A stretch of 64,000 nucleotides of DNA from Squalus acanthias (Eukaryota), in assembly GCA_030390025.1 (NCBI GenBank), contig CM059431.1:135658001-135722000 (forward strand), given 5' to 3'. The notes beneath the pieces are model-generated. The model saw nothing but the letters and a program-made list of their open reading frames with translations. It was not told where the DNA came from and made no database searches. This document shows, piece after piece, positions 48,710 through 61,218 of the stretch. Every line of letters begins with the position of its first letter. Within the stretch, counting starts at the first letter, position 1. A program made the translations under genes and the position numbers.

Positions 48710-49461
48710 AGAAACATAGGAACATAGGAACAGGAGTAGGCCATTGAGCCCCTAGAGCTTATTCCGTCATTCAATGAAATCACGGTTGATCTGCAACCTA
48801 ACTCCATGTACCCGCCTTTGGCCCATATCCCTTAATACCTTTGGTTAACAAAAATCTATCAATCTCAGATTTAAAATTAACAATTGATCTAGCATCAATT
48901 CCCATTTGTGGAAGAGAGTTCCAAACTTCTATCACCCTTTGTGTGTAGAAGTGTTTCTTAATTTCACTCCAGAAAGGTCTGGCTCTAATTTTTAGACTAT
49001 GCCCCCTAGTCCTAGACTCCCCAACCAGCAGAAATAGTTTCTCTCTGTCTACCCTATCTGTTCCCCTTAATACCTTGAAAACTTCGATCAGATCACCCCT
49101 TAACCTTCTAAATTCTAGGGAATACAACCCTAATTTGTGTAATCTCTCCTCGTAACTCATAACTGGATCCTTGGAGTCCAGGTATCATTCTGGTAAACCT
49201 ACGCTGCACTCCCTCCAAGGCCTTCCTAAGGTGTGGTGCCCAGAACTGCTCACAGTACTCCAGGTGTGGTCTAACCAGGGCTTTGTATAGCTGCAGCATA
49301 ACTTCTACCCCCTTGTATTCTAGTCCTCTAGATATAAAGGCCAGCATTCCATTAGCCTTTTTGATTATTTTCTCTACCTGTTCATGACATTTTAATTATC
49401 TATGTACCTGGACCCCCAAGTCTCTTTGGACCTCCACTGTTTTTAGCTTTTCACCATGTAG
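48710..49461 (-). mobile_element. 5'-truncated CR1 LINE
   Basis: ORFs 49108-49347 and 48798-49160; 3' UTR; inserted about 7 bp from the end of the host MITE. Confidence 0.92.
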
Positions 49462-49558
49462 AAATCCAGGCCATTATGTTGTTGACAGACACACATGGAG
49501 ATCTAGATCATTATACTCATGCCTTGAACAATAGATTAAATAGTAGGATAGGCTGATT

Positions 49559-49687
49559 CAAAAGCAAAATACTGCGGATGCTGGAAATCTGAAATAAAAA
49601 CAGAAAATGCTGGAAATACTCAGCAGGTCAGGCAGCATCTGTGGAGAGAGAAACAGAGTTAACGTTTCAGGTCGATGACCCTTCGTC
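49559..49687 (-). mobile_element. Penelope-like fragment starting within the hammerhead core
   Basis: Reverse complement GACGAAGGGTCATCGACCTGAAACGTTAACT..; 13-bp TSD GGATAGG(C/G)TGATT at 49546-49558 and 49688-49700. Confidence 0.85.
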
Positions 49688-50869
49688 GGATAGGGTGATT
49701 GCTGCCCAAGTATGGTGTTGATGGATTTTTGTGGCGCAAGAGACAATCTGAAAGGTGCTGATTGGAAGATACAAAGGGGATGTGCCCCAATTGTTGATTC
49801 AAGTTAGTACCTGAGGGATGCCAACTTCCGCCAGGACACGGGCCTTTAAGACTACACTGAGAACATGAAAAAGTGCCATTTTGGTCTTTTTCATCTTTCT
49901 TCAATGACAGTAAAGTCCTTATGCAGGTTAAGCTTTGACATATAAAATATGGCCCTAAAATGGCTTAACCATTCCAGTAAATTCCAGCCATAACTCCAAT
50001 GGCAGTCTGGTGGAACAGCTGCAAACTCCGCTGGGACACAGAAATGGCAGGCCTCTGCCTTATACTGAAATTTCCAGTGCCCTTGTATAGGGGAGGAGCA
50101 TCCACCAGCCCCAGCCAAGCCCACTGACGCTAGGAAGGCAGAGTTTGTGGTGGGTGTTCCTGACACAGGAAGTTTTCACTTCCCTGGGAAGGGACCCAGT
50201 GTAACTTTGGAGGCTGGTAGGTGAGATGAGGCATACTGGATTTTTGAAGAGTAGAACTGTGCCACTGTGGGTTCAGGGAGATTGAAGGAGAAATTTTTCT
50301 TTTAAATATTTAAAGAGATTTTGCCCCCTGTCAGGGGACCATTGGGGCCACAATCAGTCACTTTTTTGGGGGGACCGACACTCCCACTGAGCCCTCTTCC
50401 CTCCGCCTGCATTTTGAGGTTTTCAGAGCGGGAGGCTATAAATGCGCCCCACATCACTTAAGGCCCACTCCTGGAGGCCTCACCCTGGGCTCACTACCTT
50501 CAGTGAGGTCAGTGGTGGAGGTCCTAGGCATGCAGCAGAAAGGCTTCCCAGATTTGAGATCCAGGGTCAAGCTAGGAATTTAACTTGTTACAAAAAAGTG
50601 AAATGGCAACAGGCAGGAAGGGCTATAAACTACAACAGCCAAGTGCCTGGGTGTGGGGTGGTTAGCCTCACAATGGGCATCTTTCTTTGTCAAACTCGTA
50701 AGGACATGGATTAATCAGGTGGTGATGAGTAAGCCTGATGCACTGCATTGGACTTGGACAGATAAAACATCAAGGTGCCTGGCACACTGCAAGCTGCCAT
50801 GTGGAAGTCCTTGTACCATGCAGGAAGATATGCAGCGTATTGCCAATGAGGAAACTTTGAGATTTGGAA

Positions 50870-51100
50870 GGTGTTACCAGGGAGTTTGGATATGAGAACA
50901 CATGCTCAAATATTCAGGGTTCGGCATTTAACGTGATTGGATTGCAGAGTGACAAGCAGCTGCTGCTCAAGTTCTGTATATTTACTGTTTGGCAGGGTAT
51001 GGGATCTGTCCATGCTGTGGTCAGGAGGATGAGGACAATAAACATACACATTTCATGATGAGTTGTGCTGTTCACCATACTGCTTGTGTAAAGCTGCTAA
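50870..51100 (+). pseudogene. Possible ancient non-LTR retrotransposon C-terminal CCHC motif
   Basis: Manual translation GYGICPCCGQEDEDNKHTHFMMSCAVHH resembles CxxC..ED..HF..C; heavily decayed. Confidence 0.3.
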
Positions 51101-51823
51101 TTTCTATTGTTTGCCTTACAAGGGCTCAGAACTGTACTTATCCAATGTCTAGTTAGTTACTAAATAGTTACTAATTGAGATTTACACTAATTAGTAACTA
51201 TCCTTCTTAAGTAGAAAATAGTTGGGGTCTTCTTGGGCGGATGTTGCTCCATGATAACATGTCAGGTGATGGACGTTGGAATCAAGAGCCAGTAATCTGA
51301 TGTCTGAGCTAAGCATATGTGCAGAGTGTACTCCATATTGAGCAAATATAAATCCTAGCTGCGTAGATATTTTTACACCTTGGCTTCAAGACTCTTGAAT
51401 ATGGTGATGCCTCTCTGTATGTGTCAGGTACCTGGACAACCAAAAAAAAAAGGTTACCTTAAGCAACATAATAGCTAGCTTACATTTAAATGTCTGTGTT
51501 GTTTTGTATTAAAATCCTTTCCGTTCCAGAATTCAAAATTTCTTATTGGTCAAAGTGCTACTACCCTATCTAAAAAGGCAATGAAGAGACCCTTTCCAGG
51601 TATATTCCAATGCTGTTTTGAGCCGGGGAGTTTGGCTGATAATCTAGAATGTAAGAAATTTGAAAAATTAGTGTTAATGGTTATTGTTTGTTAATTGCTT
51701 GTTAAGCAGAAATTAATGAGAAACATGTAAATGTATTCAGGATTTACTTCACACATCATGCTAATTTTTTCACAATTGAAGCTAGTTTTATAACATCAGT
51801 GAGAACAAGCAAAGTTCAAGCAA

Positions 51824-52120
51824 AGGGCAACACGGTGGCATAGTGGTTAGCACTGGTGCCTCACAGCACCAGAGACCCGGGTTCGAATCTGACCTCGGGT
51901 GACTGTCTGTGTGGAGTTTGCACATTCTCCCCGTGTCTGCGTGGGTTTCCTCCGGGTGCTCCGGTTTCCTCCCGCAGTCCAAAAATGTGCAGGGTAGGTT
52001 GATTTGGCTATGATAAATTGACCCTTAATGTTAGGGGGGGATTAAATATGTGGGGTTATGGGGATAGGATGGGATATGTTAGGGGGAATTAAATATGTGG
52101 GGTTACGGGGGTAGGGTGGG
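51824..52120 (+). mobile_element. HE1-like V-SINE, 3'-truncated
   Basis: Same head and V-domain as 43901-44352. Confidence 0.9.
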
Positions 52121-52221
52121 AAGGGTGAGCAGAGCAGAAGACTCGTTCTGTGAACACAGCAGCAAGCATGTAGCATCAAGTCTCTCTTTGCTAGGCACTT
52201 TGTAGGATGTGCACAAACATT

Positions 52222-53005
52222 CAAGAGGTCTTTACAATTATGAAGGGGTTCGATAGGGTAGATGTAGAGAAGATGTTTCCACTTGTGGCCATATATATCA
52301 TAGCCACTACTAAATCCAATAAGAAATTCAGGAGAAACTTCTTTACTCAGAGAGTGGTGAGAATGTGGAATTCGCTACCACAGGGAGTGGTTGAGGCAAA
52401 TAGCGTAGCATTTAAGGGAAAGCTAGATAAGTACATGACTTGCATTTATATAGCGCCTGTCATGACCACTGGACGTGCCAAAGCACTTTACAGCAAATGA
52501 AATACTTTATTTTTTAAGTGTAGTCACTGTTGTAATGTAGGAAATGTGGCAGCCAATTTGCACACAGCAAGCTCCCACAAACAGCAATGTGATAATGACC
52601 AGATAATCTGGTTTTTTTGATTGAGGGATAAATATTAGCCAGGACACCGGAGATAACTCCCCTGCTCTTCTTCGAAATAGTGCCATGGGATCTTTTACAT
52701 CCACCTGAGAGCAGACGGGACCTCGGTTTAACATCTTATCTGAAAGACGGCACCTCAGACAGTGCAGCACTCCCTCAGCACTGGAATGTCAGCCTAGATT
52801 TTTTGTGCTCAAATCTCTGGAGTGGGACTTGAACCCACAACAATTCTGACTCAGAGGCGAGGGTGCTACCAACTGAGCCACTGGCTGACAATGAGAAAGA
52901 ATAGAGGATAGGGTGAGAGGAGGTAAGGTGGGAAGAGACTCGTTTGGAGCATAAACACTGGCATAGATCTGTTGGGCCTGTTTCTGTGCTGTTAAATTCT
53001 ATGTA
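52222..53005 (+). mobile_element. CR1 3' fragment interrupted by a DeuSINE
   Basis: MKGFDRVDVEKMFPLV..RRNFFTQRVVRMWNSLP; resumes at 52891. Confidence 0.85.
52439..52890 (-). mobile_element. Full-length DeuSINE (SacSINE1-like)
   Basis: Reverse complement of the 2692-3140 family; ATGA duplicated at both ends. Confidence 0.88.
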
Positions 53006-53504
53006 GGAGCATAGGAGGAAGGTCTTGAGCTCCATTGCTAATTACTGCAGTACAGTCACTTACTTGGACCTCAGTGCCAAACAGTCTGTACGAAGGATGA
53101 CAATTTTCAGGGTTATGATGAATTTTTGTAGCAATCTCAGGAATTTAGAATTCACTGTACCCAAGGTGCAGTGTATTAGACATTCATTTTTCATCTTTGA
53201 GATTTGGAATACAAATCCAGCCCAGACTGATGGGGTAAACTGTTCCTCTGTCTGCTAGTTGTAATCTTGTTGTCTTAATCAAGTGTGCACAACTCCATAG
53301 AACAAAACTCAATTTGTCATTCATTGTCACTAAATCAACAATCTCTCTTAGAGAGGCCAATGTGTGATAGCTGATGCAGGATCAAAAATATTACATCGCT
53401 GAGGTAGGGCTCAGGCGGAAGGAGGTTTGGAGGTTTATTCTGCATCTAACCATGCTAGAGCTGACAGGCGATGATCAACATGTTTTACACATTTCTCAGC
53501 ACGA

Positions 53505-53920
53505 ACAGTTTTACTCAGTTGTGAGCACTCCTGCCTCTGAGTCAGAAGGTTGTTCGTTCAAGCTTGGACTTGAGCAAGTAATCTAGGTTAACACCAATGT
53601 TCCCCTAATTATTTTTGGGTGCACAGCCATTCAAAGTTTCATGTTGATTAACACTCCAGTGCAGTACTGAGAGAGTTGACAGATTTCAGGTGAAATAAAG
53701 TTTCTTCTGTCTGTTCCATTGGTTCAAGTTAGCTTTAAAAATCGCACTATGTTAAGTAGAGCAGGGAGTTCCCCCAATGAACTGGGCACCAGCCCTTCCT
53801 CTTGTGTGCAAAATGGCTGCAGTGTTTGACCACATACTTCAAAGTTATCATTGTATGTGAAGTGCTTTGAGACATTTCCTAGAGACATGATAAGGTGCTA
53901 AATAAATGCAAGATGTTCTT
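53505..53920 (+). mobile_element. Degenerate DeuSINE
   Basis: GCCTCTGAGTCAGAAGGTTG..GAGCAGGGAGTT..AAATGGCTGC..GCTAAATAAATGCAAG. Confidence 0.6.
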
Positions 53921-54097
53921 TGCCACCCCTTGTGTTTATGAATATAAAAATATTCATACAAAAGAAACATTTAAAAATTGGGCCATGATTACTTAAACTT
54001 ATTTCAGTTAGAACCTTTATAGCCATGGTGAAAGAGTTCACCCGAGGTCAAAGGTTGATTTAAAAAAAAGTAAACTTAGCTTTAAAAGTAAACTTAG

Positions 54098-54172
54098 CTG
54101 ACCTGCTGAGTATTTCCAGCATTTTCTGTTTTTATTTCAGATTTCCAGCATCCGCAGTATTTTGATTTTGCT
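54098..54172 (+). mobile_element. Short Penelope-like terminal fragment
   Basis: CTGACCTGCTGAGTATTTCCAGCATTTTCTG..CAGCATCCGCAGTATTTTG matches 49559-49632 in reverse. Confidence 0.8.
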
Positions 54173-54839
54173 TTATTGTTGACAGCAGCTGCTGTCGAGC
54201 CAACTGCTATGGCATTGAGAATCTAATATGTAAAGTGGCAGCACACATGCACAGTATCCATAAATGTAGTAAATTTGCAGAGCACACAAAATGGTAACAT
54301 AGATGCTCAGCACCTGAATTGGACTAAATTTGGTTATTTGCTCAAATTCTTTTGCATCAGGGTTCATAATGTGGTTGACTGATCATATTAACAGTACAGT
54401 ACTTTGTTTTTGTATTATCCATTTCACCTCAAGAATTGTGAAAATTCAATTGGGCACTGTAATTCTCAAGCAAAGTTCAATATGCAGAATATACTGCTAC
54501 TTTAAAAGTAGGACAGTATTATTGTTATGTAACTTGTGTGGGTTATTTAAAAGTTAGGTATTATTATGTGTGTTTATCAAGAAAGCTGTAGCATGGCAAA
54601 AAATGTTTTCACAGTAAAAGCAATCGATCTACTTTGAATGGGTTACTGAAAAATTGATAAAGTGAGATCTTCACTTGCCTCTGTTGTGGAGGGTAAATGG
54701 ACAATATCATTGGCTGATGCTGTTTTCCCCAACTGGCCTGGTACCTTGGTGTCAATGTTCACTCTGAGGATTGCATTGGATTTGTCAGTGGCTTATCTAC
54801 ATCATTGTAGACTTGGTGTGGGGGGTGGGGGGTGTGGGG

Positions 54840-54980
54840 AGGGCAATTATAACTTTGGGCGATGGTGTAAAATGGGTGATATCGAATTAGCTTTCCACTG
54901 AAGTAAATGGAGGGGTGTATAATGGGCGATTAATTAGATATTACCTATTTTAGACCATCGCCCAAAGTTAAAACTACCCC
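54840..54980. mobile_element. Short palindromic MITE
   Basis: About 45-bp imperfect inverted arms (TAACTTTGGGCGATGGT / ACCATCGCCCAAAGTTA) ending AAAACTACCCC. Confidence 0.75.
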
Positions 54981-55111
54981 TATGGAATGAGATTTTCAAA
55001 ACTGTTAACCGTCTGTAGTTGTTTACAATGAATCTGCTAAATATACTGGGGATAAAGAAGAAGCGGTTGTTAATGAGCCTGGAGGATGTTGGGGTGATCA
55101 GGCAGGTTTAC

Positions 55112-55170
55112 CTTTAATGATCAGTCCTTTGGGAGCTGGATTTATCTTTGCCACAGCAGCCTTTAGGTAC
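55112..55170 (-). CDS. Candidate host exon (59 nt, phase 2-1): (W)YLKAAVAKINPAPKGLIIK
   Basis: Acceptor TCCTATCTCACTCAG|, donor AAG|GTAAAC; in frame with 55264-55315 across a 93-nt intron. Confidence 0.35.
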
Positions 55171-55263
55171 CTGAGTGAGATAGGAATCCAGCTATGTTTC
55201 CAATTGGCAACATGTGATCAAAATAATAAAGTGCTTCATTTAAAAAAAAACAACAAAACTCAC

Positions 55264-55315
55264 CATTTAAAAAAAAGACTGAACACCCGGCAGCCTGGTG
55301 AGCAGATACTGTACG
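55264..55315 (-). CDS. Candidate host exon (52 nt, phase 1-2): YSICSPGCRVFSLFFKW
   Basis: Acceptor TTTTCTCTCCCTCCACTAG|, donor ATG|GTGAGT. Confidence 0.38.
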
Positions 55316-56209
55316 CTAGTGGAGGGAGAGAAAAATAGGCATTGCAGAGTGTAAAACTCACTATGATAAGATCAGAATAGTTGAACTTTAGATTTATTGC
55401 CAGGGGGGATGGGGAGGGGGTGCGGAAATTGGACTTTAGGCCTTTGCTGCCTGCAGTAAATACACTGCACACTGTTGGGAATTCTGTGGTCCTTGTGCCT
55501 AATTTTTAAACTTTTAAGTAGTATTACTTTAGTCAGATATGGTATGTTGCCTGCCTGGTTCCAGGGTCAAGGATGTCACTGAACGGCTGCAGGGCATTCT
55601 GAGGGGGGAGGGTGAACAGCCAGAGGTCGTGGTCCATATCGGTACCAACCACATAGTTAGGAAGAGGGATGAGGACGTGCAGGCAGAGTTTAGGGAGCTA
55701 GGAGTCAGATTAAAAAGCAGGACCTCAAAGGTAGTAATCCCCGGATTACTACCAGTGCCATGTACTAGTGAGTACAGAAATAGGAAGATAGAGCAGATGA
55801 ATGTGTGGCTGGAGTGATGGTGTAGGAGGGAGGGCTTTAGATTCCTGAGGAATTGGAACCGTTTCTAGGGGAGGTGGGACCTCTACAAGCCAGACGGGTT
55901 GCACCTCAACGGGAATGGAACCAATATCCTCACGGGAGGGTTTGCTAGTGCTGTTGGGGAGGGTTTAAACTAGCTTGGCAGGGGGATGGGAGCCTAAGTA
56001 TAGAGTCAATAGGGAGGGAAGAAAAACTGGAATTGGAAAACAAAAATGTAGAAAGTAAATTGGAACGACAGAGGAATCAAGGGCTAGATAGCAGTCAACA
56101 AGGAGGTTTGCCTATACTAAATGGTATATACTTCGATACAAGGAGTATAGCGAACATAGCAGATGAGCTGAGGGCACAGGTAGATACTTGGGACTATGAT
56201 AGAGTCATA

Positions 56210-57084
56210 GGGGGAAAAATTCAGTATCGCCCTGTTTCGGGCGCAATTATCGGCCGGGCGCAAAGATTAGCGCCTGGCGCTAATTATCGCCTCCGACTGC
56301 AAACTTGACTTTTATCGCCCCTGGAGGTGATTGGAGCGCTAAATCAGGCGCTACACATCTGTCTTAAGGCGCAAAGGCCGAGGAGCGAGGCGCTAACTCA
56401 GAGCGCTGGCGAAGCTCATGTGATGTCAGTCAGCAATGGAACACAGACACAATGGCGCCGGCCAGTTCTTAAAGGGGAGGGTTGATCTTACATTCCATCC
56501 ACATCCTGCTCATTGCAGCCTTGAATCTCGGTCTGGAGAGACCTGTACATCAAATCTGCTGGAAAGAACAATGGAGAGCCCCAGGGAAAGAGCTCAGAGT
56601 CTCTTCTAAATCAATACAAGGAAGGGCAAATCAAAATGAACCTGCAAAGTGCTGCCCAGTACCCAAAACTCCTTCACACAGCGTTGAATCTCTCCAGAAG
56701 TCTCTCTCTCTCTCAGAATGCGTGGTTCAAAAATGTCGGCAACAAAAAAAGTCAGGAAGCGGTCGCCTTTAAATAGCGCTCCCCCAGTCCCTTCCTGACT
56801 GCAAAACGCTCCCCTCAACCTGTCGTTGCTAGCGGCAGGCGGTAAGGCAGGGGGCGCCACTCAATATCCGCTCCGGGGTGCTACCGGGGCGTTGCGCACT
56901 CGACTGACGTCATGATCTGCCGGCGCAGGAGATCGTGGCGGTACTGTTTAGCGCCGCCGCAAAATGTCTAGTTAATTTCGCGAGCGGCGCAAACATCGCC
57001 GCGCCCGGGCGCTAGTTGCTTTGCACCCCATTAGCGCCCTCTTAAGGCGCTAACGGGAGGTGCAACCAACTGAATTTTTCCCCC
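56210..57084 (-). mobile_element. Harbinger-type MITE, family 1 (875 bp), inverted relative to the other two copies
   Basis: TIRs GGGGGAAAAATTCAG / CTGAATTTTTCCCCC; TSD ATA. Confidence 0.93.
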
Positions 57085-57541
57085 ATAGAGTTATACAGCA
57101 CAGAAAGAGGCCCTTCGGCCCACCGTGTCCGCACCGGCCATCAAGCCCTGTCTATTATAATCCCATTTTCCAGCACTTGGTCCATAGCCTTGTATGCTAT
57201 GGCATTTCAAGTGCGCATCTAAATGCTTCTTGAATGTTGTGAGGGTTCCATCCTCTACCACCCTTTCAGGCAGTGAGTTCCAGATTCCAACCACCCTCTG
57301 GGTGAAAAAGTTTTTCCTCAAATCCCCTCTAAACCTCCTGCCCCTTACCTTGAAACTATGCCCCCTGGTTATTGACCCCACTACTAAGGGCAAAAGTTCC
57401 TTTCTATCTACCCTATCTATGCCCCTCATAATTTTGTACACCTCAACCAGGTTATAGAGTCATAGAGTCATAGAGTTATACAGCACAGAAAGAGGCCTTT
57501 CGGCCCATCGTGTCCGCGCCGGCCATCAAGCCCTGTCTATT

Positions 57542-60450
57542 CTAATCCCATTTTCCAGCACTTGGTCTGTAGCCTTGTATGCTATGGTGTTTCAAGTGCT
57601 CATCTAAATGCTTCTTGAATGTTGTGAGGGTTCCTGCCTCTACCACCCTTTCAGGCAGTGAGTTCCAGATTCCAACCACCCTCTGGGTGAAAAAGTTTTT
57701 CCTCAAATCCCCTCTAAACCTCCTGCCCCTTACCTTGAAACTATGCCCCCTGGTTATTGACCGCTCTACTAAGGGGAAAAGTTCCTTTCTATCTACCCTA
57801 TCTATGCCCCTCATAATTTTGTACACCTCAATCAGGTCCCCCCTCAGCCTTCTCTGCTCTAAGGAAAACAACCCCAGCCTGTCCAGTCTCTCTTCATAGC
57901 TGAAGCGCTGCAGCCCAGGTAACATCCTGATGAATCTCCTCTGCACCCTCTCCAATGCAATCACATCCTTCCTATAGTGTGGCGACCAGAACTGCACACA
58001 GTATTCCAGCTGTGCCCTAACTAGCGTTTTATACAGCACCTGCTCTTATATTCAATGCTCGGCTAATGAAGGCAAGTATCCCATATGCCTTTTTAACCAC
58101 CTTATCTACCTGTCCTGCTGCCTTCAGGGATCTATGTGCATGCACACCAAGGTCCCTCTGATCCTCTGTCCTTCCTAGGGTCCTACCATTCATTGTGTAT
58201 TCCTTTGCCTTGTTAGTCCTGCCAAAATGCCTCACCTCACACTTTTCAGGGTTAAATTCCATTTGCCACTGTTCTGCCCATCTAACCAACCCATCTATAT
58301 CGTCCTGTAGCTTGAGGCTTCCCTCCTTGCTATTTACCACTCCACCAATTTTCGTGTCATCTGCGAATTTACTGATCATACCTCCTACATTCATATCTAA
58401 ATCATTAATGTACACTACAAACAGCAAAGGACCCAGCACCAATCCCTGCAGTACACCACTGGACACAGGCTTCCAGTCACAAAAACAACCTTCGACCATC
58501 ACCCTCTGCCTCCTGCCACTAAGCCAATTTTGGATCCAATGTGCCAAGTTGCCCTGGATCCCATGGGCTCTTACCTTCTTGACCAGTCTCCCATGCGGGA
58601 CTTTGTCAAAAGCCTTACTGAAGTCCATGTAGACCACATCAACTGCACTACCCTCATCCACACACCTAGTCACCCCCTCGAAAAATTCAATCAAATTGGT
58701 CAGACATGATCTCCCCCTGACAAAGCCATGCTGACTATCCTTGATTAATCCTTGCCTCTCCAAGTGAAGACTAATTCTGTCCCTCAGAATTTTTTCCAAT
58801 AATTTCCCTACCACTGATGTTAGGCTCACTGGCCTGTAATTCCCTGGTTTATCCCTACTACTCTTCTTGAATAATGGTACTATATTAGCTGTTCTCCAGT
58901 CCTCTGGCACCTCCCTGTGGCCAGAGAGGTTCTGAAAATTTGTGTCAGAGCCCCTGCAATCTCCTCCCTTGCCTCACACAGCAGCCTGGGATACATCTTG
59001 TCTGGGCCTGGGGATTTATCCACTTTTAAGCCCGCTAAAACCGCTAGTACCTCCTCTCTCTCAATACTCATTTGTTCAAGTATATCACAATCCCCGTGCC
59101 TGATTTCTATGCCTACATCGTCCTTCTCCATAGTGAACACAGATGCAAAATATTCATTTAAAACCCCACCTACATTTTCCGGCTCTACACACAGATTGCC
59201 ACTTTGGTCCCTAATGGGCCCTACTCTTTCCCTGGTTATCCTCTTGCCCTTAATATACTTATAAAATACCTTGGGATTTTCCTTTATTTTGCCCGCCAGT
59301 GTTATTTCATGCCCCCTCTTCGCTATCCTAATTTCTTTTTTAAGTAGCCCCCTGCACTTTCTATACTCCTCTCGGGCTTCCACTGTTTTTAGTCCTCTGC
59401 CAAAAGCCTCCCTTTTTTTCCTAATCCATTTTCGTATATCCCTTGACATCCAGGGTTCCCTGGGCTTGTTGGTCCCAGCCTTGACCTTTACGGGAACATG
59501 TTGCCATTGTACTCTCTCTATTTCCTTTCTGAAAGACTCCCACTGCTCTGATGTGGATTTTCCTACAAGTAGCTGATCCCAGTCCACTTTGGCCAGATCC
59601 TGCCTTATCATATTAAAATCGGCCTTCCCCCAATTTAGAACCTTTATTTCCGGTCCATCTTTGTCGTTTTCCATGACTACCTTAAATCTCACCGAATTAT
59701 GGTCACTGTCACCAAAATGCTCTCCTACTAACACTTCTACCACTTGCCCGGCTACATTCCCTAGAATTAGGTCCAGTACGGCCCCCTCTCTTGTAGGACT
59801 TTCTACATGCTGGCTCAAAAAGCTCTCCTGGATGCACTTTAAGAATTCCGCCCCTCTAAGCATTTCACACTCTGACTATCCTAGTTAATATTGGGGAATT
59901 TGAAATCCCCTACTATTATTACCCTATTATTTCTACACTTCTCTGAGATTTGCCTACATATCTGTTCCTCTATCTCCCCCTGACTGTTTGGGGGCCTATA
60001 GTACACTCCCAGCAAAGTGCTTGCCCCCTTTTTGTTTTTAAGTTCTACCCATATGGCCTCATTAGAGTAACCTGCTAAGATATCATCCCTCCTTACAGCA
60101 GTAATTGACTCCTTGATTAATATTGCGACACTCCCTCCTCTTTTACACCCCCCTCTGTCTCGCCTGAAGATTCTGTACCCCGGAATATTGAGCTGCCAGT
60201 CCTGCCCCTCCCTCAACCATGTCTCTGTGATAGCAACAATATCATACTCCCATGTGTTCATCAACACCTTCAATTCATCTGCCTTACTTGCAAGACTCCT
60301 TGCATTAAAATAAATGCCATCCAGCCTTGCCATACTCCCTTGTGCCGTTACATATTTGCTCTGCCTTCCCGGCTGACTTGTTTTTTCCTCTATATTTGGC
60401 TGTGCATCACCCCCTACTATAGCTCCACTCCGTATCCCATCCCCTGCCAA
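57542..60450 (-). pseudogene. CR1 ORF2 (APE endonuclease plus reverse transcriptase), broken by a few stops and frameshifts
   Basis: YFNARSL, AITETWL, GDSDHN, DKSPGPD, DFSKAFDKV, KFADDTK motifs in four consecutive ORFs. Confidence 0.95.
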
Positions 60451-60456
60451 GTTAGT

Positions 60457-61218
60457 TTAAACCCCCCTCCCAACAGTACTAGCATACCTCCCCGCAAGGA
60501 TGTTGGTCCCGTTCCGTTTCAGGTGTAAACCGTCCGACTTGTACAGGTCCCACCTTCCCCAGAAGTAGACCCAGTGATCCAGGAAACTAAAGCCCTCCCT
60601 CCTGCACCAACCCTTTAGCCACGCATTCATCTGCTCTATCCTCCTATTCCTATACTCACTAGCACGTGGCACTGGGAGTAATCCAGAGATTACAACCTTT
60701 GAGGTCCTGCTTTTTAATCTGCTACCTAGCTCCCTAAATTCTTGTTGCAGGACCTCATCCCTCTTTCTACCCATGTCGTTGGTACCAATGTGAACCACGA
60801 CCTCTGACTGTTCGCCGTCCCCCTTCAGAATGCCCTGCAGCCGTTCAGTGACATCCTTGACCCTGGCACCAGGGAGGCAACATACCATCCTGGAGTTACG
60901 TCTGCGGCCACAGATACTTCTATCTGTTCCCCTTACGATAGAATCCCCTATCACTATTGCTCTCCCATTCTTTTTCCTCCCCTGCTGTGCAGCTGAGCCA
61001 CTCGTAGTGCCACGGACTTGGCTCTTGCTGCATTCCCCTGAGAAACCATCTCCCCCATCAGTATCCAAAATGGAAAATCTGTTGGAGAGGGAGATGGACC
61101 CAGGGGACTCCTGCACTACCTTCCTAGTTCTTTTACTCTGTCTGGCGGTCACCCATTCCCTGTCTGCCTGTGCACTCTTTACCTGCAGTGTGACCACCTC
61201 GTTAAACGTGCTATCCAC
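60457..61218 (-). pseudogene. CR1 ORF1 SGNH-esterase-like protein lacking the N-terminal zinc finger
   Basis: VIGDSIVRG, HIGTND, DGLHL blocks in an open frame. Confidence 0.88.

Larger units (their letters stand above)
47076..49472 (-). mobile_element. Hairpin-rich MITE family 2, second copy (~740 bp net), carrying a family-1 MITE and a CR1
   Basis: Ends GCCCTGGAAATT and (GTAAAAT)CCAGGCC; TSD ATT at 47073-47075 and 49473-49475; shares CACGTGATCCCAGGG and TGCGCATGCGC..GGAACTT blocks with 29928-30693. Confidence 0.8.

Noticed and set aside
51824..51900. tRNA genes at SINE heads (also 2692, 15792, 44280-44352, 52820-52890)
   Set aside because: The A/B boxes run straight into SINE bodies, so these are tRNA-derived SINE heads.
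53060..53260. Minus-strand exon ending at a GTAAGT donor near 53064
   Set aside because: No convincing acceptor and no recognisable peptide.
58195..59888. Long antisense ORFs over CR1 ORF2 (also 17015-17419, 33166-33558, 63414-63902)
   Set aside because: Shadow frames of CR1 coding sequence that recur in every copy.
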